Origin: Amoebophrya sp. A120
Lineage: Eukaryota > Protista > Dinoflagellata
Reading direction: 5' to 3'
Length of the DNA stretch: 64,000 bases
Assembly: GCA_905178155.1 (NCBI GenBank)
Contig: CAJINV010000004.1
Coordinates: 6,302,828-6,366,827, forward strand
Of the stretch, positions 37,701-50,839 are shown one piece after another (position 1 is the first letter of the stretch; each line of letters starts with the position of its first letter). The notes beneath the pieces are model-generated. The model saw only the letters and a list, made by a program, of their open reading frames with translations, was not told the DNA's origin and did not search any database. Made by a program: the position numbers and the translations under genes.

Positions 37701-40356
37701 GTCGTCGGTTTCCTCGGGCCTCGGCGGCCGCCGGTCCTTCCCGAAGTTCGGCCAGTATTGCGCTTGTCTCGGCGGTCCCGTGAGGTCGATGCTGGCCACC
37801 AGACTGCGCAGCTGCTCGTCCTCCGCGGCCGTCCACGGGCGCATTTCGTAGTCGGCAGTGATCGCGTTGGCCTCGGCAGCTCTTTATCCTGTGTGAAAAC
37901 GTCCCCACCCCAGAGTTGTCATGCAGGTATGCGATAATTACAGGAAGATTTGTACTGCGCATCTCCATGGCAGGCATTTCCAATAGTGTTTTGAACAAAT
38001 TTGTAATGCTGTAAACAGCACGACTAGATGAATTTGTGTTGCGGTTGTACCTGCTAAACTGCACTACACTACAGAGAGGAATTTGTCATGCTTGAGTCCC
38101 AGCAAAACTTTTCGATTTGTGTTGCGAGATGTCGCTCATCTTGACTCTGGGGTGAGGACGTTTTTGCTCAGGATACTGTTGCGTTCTTCTTCGCCTTCTG
38201 GTGACTGCTCAGGTCGCCGTTTTTACTCCTTTCCTCACGCTTGTACAACAACTCCTCAAACCGCTGCACGCAGTCTCTCGCGGTGAAATAAAACTTGTTC
38301 GGCAGGCCCGGAATTTTTTCCCTCGTCGTTTTCGATTTTTTTTCTCCGTCGTTCTCGTTTTCGATGTTTTCGTTCTGGCTTTCATATTTTTCCACGACGT
38401 CGATGTTTTCTTCGAAAACCTCATCTGGTACAAGCTGGATCGCCTCCGTGATACGGTGCGGAATTTCGGCTTCTTTCAGATGTTGATCTGGTGACGGTTT
38501 CATGTTCATAATTGTGTCGTCATCATCATCATCATCATCATCATCCTCGGAATCCTGTTGATCGTGATTTATTCTGTCGACATTTCTTTTACCACCATCG
38601 TTGATGTCCCCACCAGCACCGGCGTTTTCAGCAGCACTGCAGTCAGTGTGATCGTCGTCGGCAGCGAGGAAAGAACTATTCTTTTGTTCTTCTTCTTGTT
38701 CCACCTCCACCAAAGCTTGCTCCACCGAATCTTCCAAATCGTCGTCTGCCTCAAACAAATCCGCGTCAACATCTGCTTGCAGTTCCAACTTCTCTTCATC
38801 TACCACATCGATGTTTTTCTCTGCGTCGCAGCTCCCGGGGTAGTTCTTGTTTTTGGCGTTGTAGTACCTCCCAGTTTGCGGATCTCTCTTCGTCTTCGTG
38901 TTCCTCCCGCGGTTGCTGTTGTTGTTTTTCTTTCCTTTATCCTTTTCCGCATTTATTCTTCTCAAAGCAGCCATTTCCTCGGCAATCTTCCTGTCCACTT
39001 CGTTAACTTCAAGGTCACCCAAGTTCCATTTTTGCACCATCCACCGCATGGCTTGATTCACACTCTTTGCGATAGGTTTGAACTCCTGTTCCCACTTCGA
39101 CAAGTCGAAGGTTGTTTTCGCAAGTCCCCACCAAGAGTCTACTGCTGGGTGTATCTCAGCTGCAGATTTTCCAGTTGTTTGTTCCATTGCCTCCTGTAGT
39201 TTGAAAACAATCCTCTTCATCGCCGCACATAGAGCCTCGTCGGCCGTGTGGCTCCACCGGCAGACTGGTCGCCGGAACTCACTGAAGTTTTTGCGTGGTA
39301 TTTTCTGCTTCGCTTGGAGGTTATGATCAACATCTATCCTATGTGAAAACGTCCCCACACCAGAGTCAAGATGGGGAATCTGCTAGACAAATCAGCCACC
39401 TTTGCTTGTTTGGCATGACAAGTTTGAACGCGTAGTGTCATCCTGTTTAGCTAGTTAAGAAGCATCACATATCTAGCATAGAATGCTGATTCTAGCATCA
39501 CAAATTCCAAAACACGAATAGAAAATGCTTCGCATAGGGCTCCGCATGAGAAACTTTTTTGGCATGCGGAATTGCATGACAACAACGGAGTGGGGACGTT
39601 TTTACTCAGAATAACATCATCCTCATTCTCGGAAGAGGACGTGTGGTACTCGGATTCATGCTGGTCCGGACACCAAATTTCGTAGCGCAACTGCTCCCGC
39701 ATGGATTGAAAAAATTCCGTTGGCTGCGGTTGCGGCTCGGTCCCGTGGTTCAGGCTGTATTTTTGACAAGGTCTTATTTTGTGTGGTTCTTTGTGACAAC
39801 TCTTCTCATCTGCTTCATCGACATTATCTCCGTAAGAAGAAAAACTACTACTTGGAAGAACACGACGACCAAATCCAGCCGTATTATTCCAGGTCTCGTC
39901 TCTTTTCCCCGTCAGGAAACTCGTGTTTTCGCAGAAGTGCCGCTCCCACTCCGAACGATACCCGGAAAATGAATCCGCGGTTTTTCTTCTCGTGAAGAGC
40001 TTGACTTTATTCGGACCATCCGGATCGTCGCCGTCGAGCAGGAGGCCGCGTTCGAATGACGCGTTTTCTTGTTGTGATGTCGGGATTTTCATTTTGTGGT
40101 GATTCTGGTTGGAAGAAGCTTTAGTACTTCTTGCCCTTGTTCCAGCAGGGGTTTTTTTACTTCTTGCAGCTCCGGCATGATCTAGCTGATTCTTCTCTTT
40201 TTTGTTTCTTCCCGGTGGGTGGGAGGAAGTTTTACCCTGGACGTCGCTGGCGCTCGAGCTGGTCGTCCCGTACAACGAAGAGTTCTCGTCTGCTTGTTGT
40301 CCTTGAAGATCCTCGTAACGGTCGGCCTCACCTTCATCTTCCACCGGGCCCGCCAT
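34738..40356 (-). CDS. Multi-Myb/SANT-repeat protein (~1,517 aa), possibly SNAPc4-like; four introners
   Basis: Exons 40356-39615, 39330-38177, 37880-37492, 37277-37214 and 36942-34738 sum to 4,554 nt, in frame. Myb-type motifs RPWTAAEDEQLRSLV...NWVAITQQLGTKRSVWSVFTRW and HWSEEQDQHLAEAVKKFKPGNWKKI. Confidence 0.8.
36947..37212. mobile_element. Introner element (family A, 266 bp, body inverted relative to most copies), TSD CCAAC
   Basis: Family A TIR and perfect TSD; removal gives DWHTL-VQLLAQ. Confidence 0.92.
37282..37490. mobile_element. Introner element (family E, 209 bp), TSD CCGGT
   Basis: TATGCAAGAAAAAAACTGTGT / ACACAGTTTTTTTCTTGGATA; removal gives SKTDR-KVFG. Confidence 0.9.
37885..38175. 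mobile_element. Introner element (family C, 291 bp), TSD CTCTT/CTGTT
   Basis: TATCCTGTGTGAAAACGTCCCCACCCCAGAG / CTCTGGGGTGAGGACGTTTTTGCTCAGGATA; frame restored. Confidence 0.88.
39335..39613. mobile_element. Introner element (family C, 279 bp), TSD ACATC
   Basis: TATCCTATGTGAAAACGTCCCCAC / GTGGGGACGTTTTTACTCAGAATA; removal gives NEDDV-DHNLQ. Confidence 0.9.
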
Positions 40357-41167
40357 AATTCTCGCTGGCGCTCAAGAATCTGACAACGGGTTTGTCTGGT
40401 TATTTGTGCTATCTGAAAAACTGTCAAGAACTCAAAAAAGGTTCATCTTTTACGGGGCTAAAAACAGGAAACTGGTCTCCCATAACAAATCCAGCTGGAT
40501 TTCTGCTTTTGAAATGTAGTCTATTCATTGTGGTACTTAATCTCATGCTGATTTTCTGTTCCTACTTCTTTATCTTTTCCTCTGCTCCCTGCGAGACAGA
40601 TAGGTAAATGCAATTGCCTTGATCGAGGACAAAACGGGCCAGGTGGATCAGGAAGAGTTATGATCTTGATGTAGCGATTTTCAGATTTCAATTCGGATCT
40701 TTTTCGGAACGTCGTTCTTGTGAATTTTTTGATGCAGTGTCGTACTTTCTTAGCGGGAATTATTTCGTCTTCTTTAATGATAGATCGTCTTGCTGCAATT
40801 GCTGATCAACAATTTTCGGACAATCCTATAAATTCTGCCTCAGGATCTTGTGCTCTGACAATGCGGGCGCGTAGTACACGAATTCAATTACGTGGTTCCT
40901 CTGTGACAAGTTTACAACATCGCACTTCAACGGCTTTTTTCAATTTTGTACTACTCAACAACGATCGACCTCTTACTTCCCGCAAGGTGCGCGAATTGCC
41001 AGCATTGCTCTTTGGATTTCATGAGTTATATATTTCCTCACAGCTTCGTTTTGTTGTTGTTATTTCTGAAGTATCCTACAAAAGTTTGTCATACAGCATG
41101 AGGTTCATTTTTTCTTTTCGCACATCTCCTGCTCCACGAAGAATACAATGACATTCAATCAGGCCTC

Positions 41168-44100
41168 TCAACACGGTCCATACATCTCCCGGTCCTGCCT
41201 GACCTCCAAATACGCGGCCGCCACCCCCTCAATGCGGCTGTTGCTGCGGCCGGCCGCTTCGAAATTATGCTGCACTTTCCGCAGCTCCCTGCTGGTGAAC
41301 TCCGCGCCAATTTTTTGGAAGCGGACCGCCAACCGTTTCCACGCTGGCTCGTCGCGAATCTGCATGTTTGCAAAGGACGTGGTGATAGCCAGCAGGCTGT
41401 CCGCGCGCAGGTGTGAGGCTTTGTCGGACCCGACGAAGGCCAACACTTGGTAAATCAGCCGCGGATCCCGGGCGAGCGTCGGCGGGGAGAGAAGGGGAGA
41501 ACGCAAATCTTCGGTAGCTAGCAGATTTTTGCTCTCTTTCGTTCTGATAGTTGCTCCGTCCGTGTTGTAGTTGTGGATGTTATACTTCTTACCAAAATTA
41601 TAACCGCTGTTCTCCGCTCCTGGTATTTCTCTCCTCGTCGAAAGACAACTTTTCTGCTCGGAAGGCGTAGTTGCATTTGATGTCCGCCTAATTTCCACAA
41701 AGTGATTCTGTTCAGCGAAGCGGCCAAGGAGTTCCATCGCCTGCAAGATTTTTACCACGTGGTCCTGGTTGAAGGCGATATCCAAGCGCAGTCGCCTGCT
41801 CCGCTCGTTGACTGCATCCAGGAAAAGCCGCAGCAGATGGGCTCGGTTTTGTACCGTTTGGAGCAGTCGGGAGACCGCCTGCTTTTCCGGTTTTGAGAGA
41901 GAAGTTGGTCCTCGGGGTCTTTCAGCGAGGCCGGCGCTATGATGGTTCGTCCAATCGGGTGGATTACTATCGGTGCTGTGACGATCATGTTGAAACAAAG
42001 AGCGGGACGAAGATGAAGTGCCATTTTCAGTGTTTGTTTTCTCCACCTGCGCATCTCTCGCGCCATCTAGCCGTGGTCGTGCAGGTCGTGTTTTGTCTGA
42101 AGGTTTTTGCTCTGCGGCTTCCACTTCTCTTACCAGTTGCACTTTGTTCGGAAAAAACACTCGATTCTGCAGCAGTTGCGTCGTTACCTGGTACAAGGAC
42201 GTCAATGCCTGGGCCGTGAACTGTATTTCGCAGTCCTCCAAGGCTCGGGTCGTGGCGGACAGCAGCAGCGTGAGGAACGCCGTGTCGCTAGGGGAAACCG
42301 TACAGAAACTCTTCAACAAAAGAACCAGGGAGTGGGATGAAATGCGGGGGGCTCCTTGCGGGACATTCGTGGGAGCAGGTGTCGGTTTCAAAACATGATC
42401 AGGACCCGTCTTGGATGGCGTAGTTAGTACACTTGTTGCTCCCGTCGTTGCAGTAGTTGTGTCAGATCGAACATCATGATCGTCCAGACCCGTTTCTACT
42501 GCTTCTCTTGTACTAGTGGAAGTACTACGAGACGTCGCATCGGTTCTTCGGTCCTGACCATCTTTACCTCCGCTTGTTCGCCTAGCTTCTTGAGCAGGAT
42601 CTCGATTTTCTTCAGGTCGTTCTTTTCCTGGCGCCGTTGCTATGGAAAACGCGAAATTCCTGGAATTCGGCGAAAACCGAGGGGAAATCATGGCGGTAAG
42701 ACTGTTCCGACCGTGATTTTTGTGGCCGTGAGGATGTTGTTTTCTCTCTAGTACAGCATGATCTACTTCATCCGGTACTAGGCGGTAAAAGTGCAAGTAA
42801 GCCCGGACCGCATCCTGCACCACCCCGATGTCTCGCACGTCCTTCCGCTCGACCGCAGCGAACCCCCACATCATCAGCGCCAAGTCCGCAAAGGAACACA
42901 TCTGGTGCCGGATAGGGTGGGCGGCGGGAGTTGTAGGGGAATCAGTAGAAGACGAAAGTGTAGTTGCAGATGTAGCCTCCACAGAAGGTTGTGAATGTAC
43001 CTCGCCGGGTGAAGAAGATGCAGTTCCTGCTGTAGCGCTCTCATCCTTTTCGTCCGAGCATTTGTCGTCGACGACGCCGTCCTGCGAATCACGAAAACCG
43101 GGGGAATCCGTACTAGAAGTGTTGCAGTTGCTCGCCGCAGAAGTACTAAAAGCACATCTTTCCGCTTCGGCTTCGCCCGTGGGAAGGAGCTGCACGGTGG
43201 AACAACTCGAATGTTGATCTCTGTTGACAGCAGATGAACTCGTGGTCATTTCGGCAGCAGCTGAGGGTGTATCGCAGCTCCTGGCAGTCAACATTGTGGT
43301 AGCCGACATACAACTTTGATTTTCCTTTCCAGCACCCCCGGCAGCTACACCCGAGGACGAAAACCCGTCAAAATCCTCCCTTGTGTAAATCAAGACCATC
43401 TTTGTCGCCAGCAAATCCCACACCCGTTCGTCGTACACATGGCACCGCCCCAAACTCCAGGCGGCCAGCGCCAATTGCTTCGGCGGAAGGTCGAGCACCA
43501 AACCCTGCAGCCGTATGAAAGTGTCAGGATCGAAATTATCGTCAGAGTTGAAAAAATAATTTGTGATGCATAAAACGGATACCAGTTGGCGCCTAGTTTT
43601 CAGGTGGCGCATGACAAATTTGGGTAGAACTCAAATCCAGTTTGTAATGCTGTTTGGGTAAGGAAGACGCCTTTTGTCATGCTACTTTAGCAGCTCAGTT
43701 TCTACCCATCAACAGGCTTGCAATCTGCATCCCTTGCGTCCTCTGTAATAGGGGTAATTTTTGCGTTGCACTTTATGCATCACAAACTACTTCAACTTTG
43801 ACGATTTCGATTCTGACGCTTCCATAAGCCGGGGCAGGAGTTTGAACACCGCGGGCGTGTACCGGAGCACGGCGTAGCGGTGCAGAATCAGGGGCAGGTT
43901 TTTGTTTGTCACGCCAAAATTCCGCACGTGTTCGTTGAACAGCCGGAAGTATCAAATGCAAAAATGTCTGGGTCTGGAAGGTTGCAAGATTTGTCATGCA
44001 GATTTTCCATGACCCATAAGGCCTGTAATGTATAACGTAGCATCACAGATTTTTAGACGGCTTCCTGATGCCTACTCCGCATGTGAAATGGCCTCTCCGC

Positions 44101-44787
44101 GTAGAGCAAACTGGACTCCTCTTGGTGGTCATGCAATACAATTTTTTTTTAGAATCCAAAGTCAGCATCACAAGTTGCAGCCTTCCAGACCCAGACATTT
44201 TTGCAGTTGATAGGAAGGCCTCCCAACTGCTGTCGAACCTGTGTTGCTGCGTCGTCAGGAGTATCAAGTGCAAGAATGTCTGGGTCTGGAAGAATGCAAG
44301 TTTGTCATGCTTGTCTGGCATGACTCGAGAATCTGTGTTGCATAGGCACGACAAAGCCCACTTACCTGTCACGCAACATCAACGCAGTTTGCCATGCGGA
44401 ACACGTAAGACACGGCAGCCAAATAAAGATTTGTCATGCATAGCTGCGCATTGCAGTGCGTCTACCATTCATTTTTAGCATTACAAGTTTCCAGACCCAG
44501 ACATATTTGCATTTGATAAGGAGCGTCAGCGCCGCAAGCCAGTCCCGGTACTGTAGCTTGGTGCGGTAGGCATGGCAGTAGGAGAACACCGCGAGGGGAT
44601 CTTTTCCGAACCTCTCCAGCTTCTTTGCGTGCTTCGTGTCCGTTTCCCAACGCAAGCGCCCGGCGAACCAGCGTCGCTGCTGAAAATTGCAGGGGACTAC
44701 TTGCTGCGGGGGTGCGGGGGGCTTCGTTGCCCTTATTTTCCGCGGTAGCAGTGGTGAACATGGAGAACTACCACACGGGGCCGACAT
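41168..44787 (-). CDS. Helical-repeat (OPR/HPR/FASTK-like) protein, ~923 aa, possible mitochondrial presequence; three introners
   Basis: Exons 44787-44520, 44257-44214, 43945-43828 and 43509-41168 sum to 2,772 nt, in frame. Repeats QLALAAWSLGR..YDERVWDLLA, DLALMMWGFAAV and SLLAITTSFANMQIRDEPAWKRLA. Acid-free, Arg-rich N-terminus ending QQRRWFA. Confidence 0.7.
43514..43826. mobile_element. Introner element (family B, 313 bp), TSD AGCCG
   Basis: TATGAAAGTGTCAGGATCGAAAT...TTTGTGATGCATAAA is inverted at the right end; removal gives KLLPR-LQGLV. Confidence 0.9.
43950..44212. mobile_element. Introner element (family A, 263 bp), TSD GGAAG
   Basis: Family A TIR and perfect TSD; removal gives WEAF-RLFNE. 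Confidence 0.92.
44262..44518. mobile_element. Introner element (family A, 257 bp), TSD AGGAG
   Basis: Family A TIR and perfect TSD; removal gives ALTLL-TTQQH. Confidence 0.92.
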
Positions 44788-45224
44788 TATGTTTTCAATT
44801 TTTCGGCGGTCTTTTTCAGTGCTGCTGGCGCTGGTGGGCTAAGTTCTTGCATATGCCAATAATAATTTTCTGGATACCGAGCCAAGGAGGTGCAGTTCTT
44901 TGACGCGAGTATCCCGGCCTGGGCTTCAGTTTGCTTACTTTACACGAAGAAATGGGCTAAATCTGGAGAAAGAACGCAGCCCAGGTCGATTCTGCGTCCT
45001 CTGCTAGTTCTCCCGAACACCTTGCGCGGAGCCGGTGCTACCTATCTATCACCACACGCGCCCCACGCAAATTAACTTCGCTCGCCGGCCGCGCGGCTTC
45101 TTCTGGCTGGAATAACCATGACGCAGGCTGACAGACGATGAGAAACGTGGCGCGGTCCCATAGGATAAGCGAAGTACCCACGCAGGCACTGCGCGCTCTC
45201 ACTAGCCGAGAGGACGCGGGCGGC

Positions 45225-46582
45225 TCAGGCGGAAAACGCCCGGGCGGTTTTCCTTTCTAATAGTTCTCTAATTTTTCCGGTTTTGAAAAAAAAAGGCCCA
45301 CCCAGATTCCCCATCGGCGGACCAGGCGAAGAACGTCAGTGGGAAGGAGAGCCCAGCGAGGCGCGGAGGCAATGTCGCGAAGAGGAGAAACCCAGACCAT
45401 GCTAAAGACATCCCCAAAGAGCAAAGCTGGCGGCCCACTAGACGATACGCCAAAACGCATCGGCACAACCCCGACCACCGAGAGGAAAAATGCCGCGGCT
45501 CGAATGACATTTCCGACGAGGAAATCGCCACGGCCTGACGAGATGGACTGCCCACAAGACCTTGCGCATCCAATCTCCGCTCTCCCCTCTGCAGTCGCCC
45601 TCTAATTTCGCCCTCTAAAGTTGTCCTCTCATTTCCCTCTCTAAAGTCGGCCTCTAATTTTGCCCTCTAAAACGCGTCTCTAAAATGCGTCTCTAAAACG
45701 CGTCTCTAAAATGGCCTTCTAAAATCGGCCTCTAAAAGTGGTCTCTAAAAGTGGTCTCTAAAAACCACCTCTAAAACCCAACTCTAATTTTTTCCCGGAT
45801 TCCTCTAAAACGTCCTCTAATTTCCCGCCCGGAGGCGGAAAATACCGGACGTTGTCCCGCCTCTAAAAAATCTTCTAAAATCACCGGTAGCGCAAAATCC
45901 CGTAGGATTTGCGTGTTTTGTGATTTTAAAAGGTGCGGGTCCGGGACTTTAGAAGCCGAAAATGCCCGATTTTAGAAGCCGAAAACGGACAATGTTCGGA
46001 TCTTCTAAAATTGGGCTGGCCGAAATGTCCATACCAGAAGTGCGCGGCTTTGGACGGTCTTGGAAGATGATGTTCGAAATCCATGTCGAACATCATGTTC
46101 CGAGGGCGGGAGAACAACGTCTTCAACGCCAAGAGAAGCACAAGCCAAAACACCTGCGGAATGCGAAGTGGCAACGCACACAGATGCACGCCACTTCGCA
46201 CGCAACACCAACACAAGCTGAAGTCCAGCCCTCGGGTCGGTGCGCCATACATCACCCAAATGACCACCGAGCAACCTCTTCCGGAAACTCCGAAGGGCCC
46301 GGAAAAATTGCGCGGCCCCCTTTACACCGGAAAACGGCCCAAATTTTTAAATTTTAAAACTTCGAAAGCGAGAGGGCATCGCGCCAATGGCCAACCTAAC
46401 AAGCGGGAGGCCGAACAAAGGAAAGACACAGCCAAGGCGCGTGGCGGGGCGGGCAGGGTCTGGCTATTGCCCTCAGGCGGTTGCCGGCCGGGCCCGCCAA
46501 AACGGGCGCCCGGAATTTTTGAAATCCCGGAAATTTTAGCGGATTTTTAGCAGGGAAATCCGCCCGGGGTGTCTCCGCGTGA
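45225..46582. mobile_element. 1,358-bp non-autonomous TIR DNA transposon, copy 2 (6-bp TSD GGCGGC)
   Basis: Same sequence as 516-1873; GGCGGC at 45219-45224 and 46583-46588. Confidence 0.9.
45599..45793 (+). repeat. 13-bp-period CTCTAA array inside TIR element copy 2
   Basis: Copy of 890-1084. Confidence 0.9.
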
Positions 46583-48586
46583 GGCGGCACGCCCAGAAAG
46601 GCTGCCTGCACCCCGAAGAGCCGGCGCCGGGGAGCGGGCGCGTGCAGTGCCGCGGCCATGTAAGTAGTCGGGCAGGCGGGGGCCAGGGGCGCCGGGCCTG
46701 TCCGCAGGCCCACCAAAGAAAGAGAGCCGAGGGGGCCCGACCCGGGGCGGCACTTCCAAAACCCAGTAGACGAGCAGCGCCCGCCCCGGGGCGGCACGGA
46801 AGGGCGCTGCCCGCGCGCGGGGCAGGCCGGGGAAACTATACGAGGGCACGCGCGCACGCGCGGGGGCAGCTCCCCCCGCGCCAAACCTACCGAAGGCAAC
46901 CGCGGCGCATCTGCAAGACATTGCAGCGCCCGGCGGGATACATCACCGCGCCGGCCATCCTTCGCGAGGCCCAAGACGCGCGCGCGGAGCTCGGTCGCCG
47001 GCGCGACCGCCGCCATCGGGGGGCCGCTTTATCAAGCCACTTGCCTCGCAGCCCGCTGCCATCTGGCTCTGCTTGTGGGCGCGACGAGTGGGCGCGCGAA
47101 AATCCTGCGGCGCTGTGCCGTTGCTCGGGATGTTTGTACCCCAGGCGGGCGGCCTTGACGTTTGCCACGCCGCGCAGAAAACTTCAGCGCTGTGGCCCGG
47201 GGTGGCCGTCAACCATGGCCCGGGCCACATTCATAACCGGGCGGGGCGCCGGCTCTCCGGCGGGGAGCGCTGCGGCAGAAACAACACGACACGCCCGGGG
47301 GGGCGCATGCAACTGGCCGCGGCCATCCGCCGCCCCACCCCTTCAATTTGAAGCACCCAGGAGGGCGCCGATGTTTTTGATTCCCGTAGGCCTGTAAACC
47401 TGCAGCCCCATTGGACCAGCCCCGTCGTCCGCCGTTGCGCTGCGCAGATCTTGCGCAACAGCTGTGGCCACACTCGCGGCACAAGATCCGTCAGCCCGGC
47501 GAGTTTGGTGCCCCAACAGATATGGCCGCGCCCATCGCAACGCCTTACATCCCCGCGCACTATCTTGAACGCTGCCCGTAGGTGGTCGGGCGTATATCTG
47601 TGAAAGCCATTGAGCGCCGCCAAGGCCTCCCCGCGAGGTACAACGACGCTGCCCGCCGCGGCCCCGGCTATATACTGCGCCGGCAAGGCCTGCAGCCTCC
47701 GCCGATCCACCCCCAACACACTGGAACGATGCTCCTGGTGTGCATGTGGCAAAGCAAAGGGCCCAAAAGCCCCGGGCTGGCGCGGTGCCTCAGGCAAGCA
47801 GGCCGGGACGGGGGCCCCGGCCCGCCCGACAAGGCCCGCCGCTGCCTGCAGCCACTCCGCCCCCTGGGCCGCGAGCGCCCGCCATCTGCGACCCTGCTGC
47901 CCGATCACGCTTGCAACCCGCGCCGCGGCACGCGGGTCCAACCTGTCAAGCGTGTCACCATGGCCGCCGGGTCGGGTCTGTCCGTGAAGGAACGGGGCCG
48001 GCCAAACAACTGGCGTCGCTGGCGGGGGAAATTGCCTCAGCCGCCTCCCCGAACGCTTCCAGGCGTTGCAGGGGCCCGGCGTGTCTATGCTCTCGACCCC
48101 GTCGCCTCTCTCAATATGGGCGGGCCCCGCATGGGTTTCGCCGAATGCTCTGGGTCTTATGGCTACGCAGTGGCGTCTTGCTACGGGCGGCCTGGTAGAG
48201 ATTGAATTTGAATTTGAAAGCAAAAAAAAAAAAAACTTAATTAAACAACGGAACCCAAACTGAGGAACTTGTCTTCAAAAAGAAACCACCCAGTGCTAAG
48301 CACAGTACTTAGGCAGAACACAGCACGACGCGCCACGTCGAAGAACATGCTCGTCACTTCTGCATCCTCCAAGCTGCTCCAGCTTGATCTTTATATGTTT
48401 GTGCTTCATGTGGTCAGCATGCCACCGCAAAACAACCCCAATTTCTTCATCATCCAGAATCCACCACAGAAATAAATGCTGCGCAAAACACTGTCACGTC
48501 ATGTCGTGTGGATCAACCACAGCATCTTCACAAGAGTGGCTATTTTTAAATCCACCCGACCAGCAGCACATCTTCAAGTTTTATCG

Positions 48587-50839
48587 CTAGCTGTACTTCA
48601 TCATCACTTTTTCGTGGATGTACCCCGCTCCGTACTCGTCATAGTCCCCCGCTGTTATCCACAAATCCCGCTGCATACTGCCGAGATTTGCGAACACTTG
48701 TGCCCCCTGCCACACGGAGTTTTTCCGGTCGGTCGCGGTGGTCACCACCCGGGTCGGCAGCTGGCTGCTGGACATCAGCATCAGTTCCCGGGAGAGCCGC
48801 GCGTCGAAGTTTTTGAACATGGTTGTGCCACCAGAGAGCACAATGTTCTGCAGCAGCGGCCGGCGCGTGTCGATCTCGCAGCCAGCTACGCAGTCCCATA
48901 TCAGGCCCGCCACACCACCCGCCTCCGCTTCGATGCCAAGCTGTTTTGTAGATACGTGCGGATTATACAGAAATTCTTTCAGATTTTCATTCTTCAGAGC
49001 TGCAGATGTACATGTTGAACGGAGGATACATTTAAAAAAGTCATGCATGGGCATGCAACATGAAGTAGAGTGTGAAATCGCAATCGGCATCAAAATCCAA
49101 TACCTGTCCAGGATTGAACAGCGCTTCGGGGCACTTCCAGCACTCTTCCCCGAGCTGAATTTTCTCTCCGTCGGGCATCTTGTAGATCGCGGGCTTGATC
49201 ACGCGCTCCTCTGTGGGGTCCATGGAAACGTAACAGAGCCGCTCCTTCATCTTCACAATCTCCCGTCGGGCGAAGGAAGTGGAGACCTGGTACCCCGCCT
49301 TTGCAAGCAGCTTTGCGAGGTAAACGTCGAGTTCCCGGCCCGCACAGTGCATCTTTTTGATGTTGTACGGCATCCCGTAGCCGTCGAGAATGGGGATGGC
49401 GTGGGTGACCCCGGCGCCGGCATCGAGCACCAGACCGGTCGTGCGGCCCTGCCCCATCAAAGCGAGGACCCCCTGGATCCGCACGGATAAGCTGGGGACC
49501 TGGATATTTGGTACGAATGGGTGCTGAAGAAGTACTCAACGTCACGTATTACACGACAAGAACAAACGGCCACGATAGAAGTTGTTCTACTTGTGAATCT
49601 GAACAATTATGCGCCTATGTACTATCGTCTTCGCAGTCGCAGTAACCAAGCAGACACCATTGCACGAAAAACCGAATTATACCCCAAAGGCCTCGAACAT
49701 GAGTTCGACTGTTCTTTCTCGGTTTGGCTTGGGGTTGTAGGGCGGCTCCGTGATGAGCACGCCGTGCTTCTCCGGCTGGATCTGCAGCACGTCCACAAAG
49801 ATGTAGTCCCACAGCATCTCAATGTGCTGAAAATTTTCAATCACCGCTCCCTCCACCGGGTGCGATACCGACAGGTACTGCTGGTTCTCGGCCACCTCGT
49901 TCCCACAGTAGAAATCGCGGTCGCACTTCTTGCGGTGCCGCCTTCGCGGAATGCCCACGTCGGTCGGGAAGACCTGATTCGGTGTTGCTTGGCAATGTGG
50001 ATAGAAGTTGCTGGTGGGAAAAAATATGCAAGTATAAAGAATACATGTTTGTCACAATTGGTGAATCGATATAAGAACTAGTGCTTTTTTGCGCAGCGCC
50101 CGGATGAACATCAAATCAGAAATACCGACACTGGCTGGTCGTCGCAGGACATGCCCACCTTCGTTATGAAATGCAAATATGTCTGGGTCTGGGAGATTGC
50201 GAGACTTGTCACGCTTGTCTGACATGACTCGGAACTCTGTCATGCGTAGGTGCAACAAGATCGATGTGTCTGTGATGCAAAAGCGCAGTCTGCCATAGCA
50301 GAACTACGCTACACATAGCAGCTCAAAAACTTGTCATGCTTGGCCACGCATGACAGTGCGCCCAGTATTCCCTGGCTTGCATCACAAGTTTCCAGACCCA
50401 GACATATTTGCAGTGCATATTCGTGAGCGCCGAGCCATTGTCGATGATGCAGACGAGCTCATCGACCTCAAAGTCCTCCTGTTCGAGTATGCTGAGCAAA
50501 AACGTCTGCGCCCCAGCTTTGTCATGCCCATCTGTATGCTTCAAATATTTCTCATGCGGAGCCCCACGAGGAGCATTTTCTAGGTTATTTTTGGGATTTG
50601 TGACGCTCGAATCAGTGCGATAAGCTTAATCTGTGACGCTGCAGAACAAACTAGCTAAACAGGACTACACTACTTACGAGGCCAGACTTGTCATGCGCAA
50701 CAACCAAAGCTGGTTGAATTGTCTAGCAGAATTCCCGTCTTGACTCTGGAGTGGGAACGTTTTTGCTCAGGATATCGAGATCCACGTCTTCTGCCGCATT
50801 CTGCGCTCCCAAGTTGTCGCGGATGTCATACGGGTTCAT
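48587..50839 (-). CDS. Divergent actin-like protein (400 aa); two introners and three GT-AG introns
   Basis: Exons 50839-50776, 50483-50421, 50160-50126, 49973-49683, 49499-49104 and 48940-48587 (1,203 nt). Actin-fold motifs IIDNGSALTKVG, VLITEPPYNP, GRTTGLVLDAGAGVTH, KERLCYV and IVLSGGTTMF. GT-AG introns at 49974-50125, 49500-49682 and 48941-49103. Confidence 0.92.
50165..50419. mobile_element. Introner element (family A, 255 bp), TSD TTCGT
   Basis: Interrupts the actin phosphate-1 loop; removal restores DNGSALT-KVG. Confidence 0.93.
50488..50774. mobile_element. Introner element (family C, 287 bp), TSD TCGAG
   Basis: TATGCTGAGCAAAAACGT / ACGTTTTTGCTCAGGATA; removal gives DVDLE-QEDF. Confidence 0.9.
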
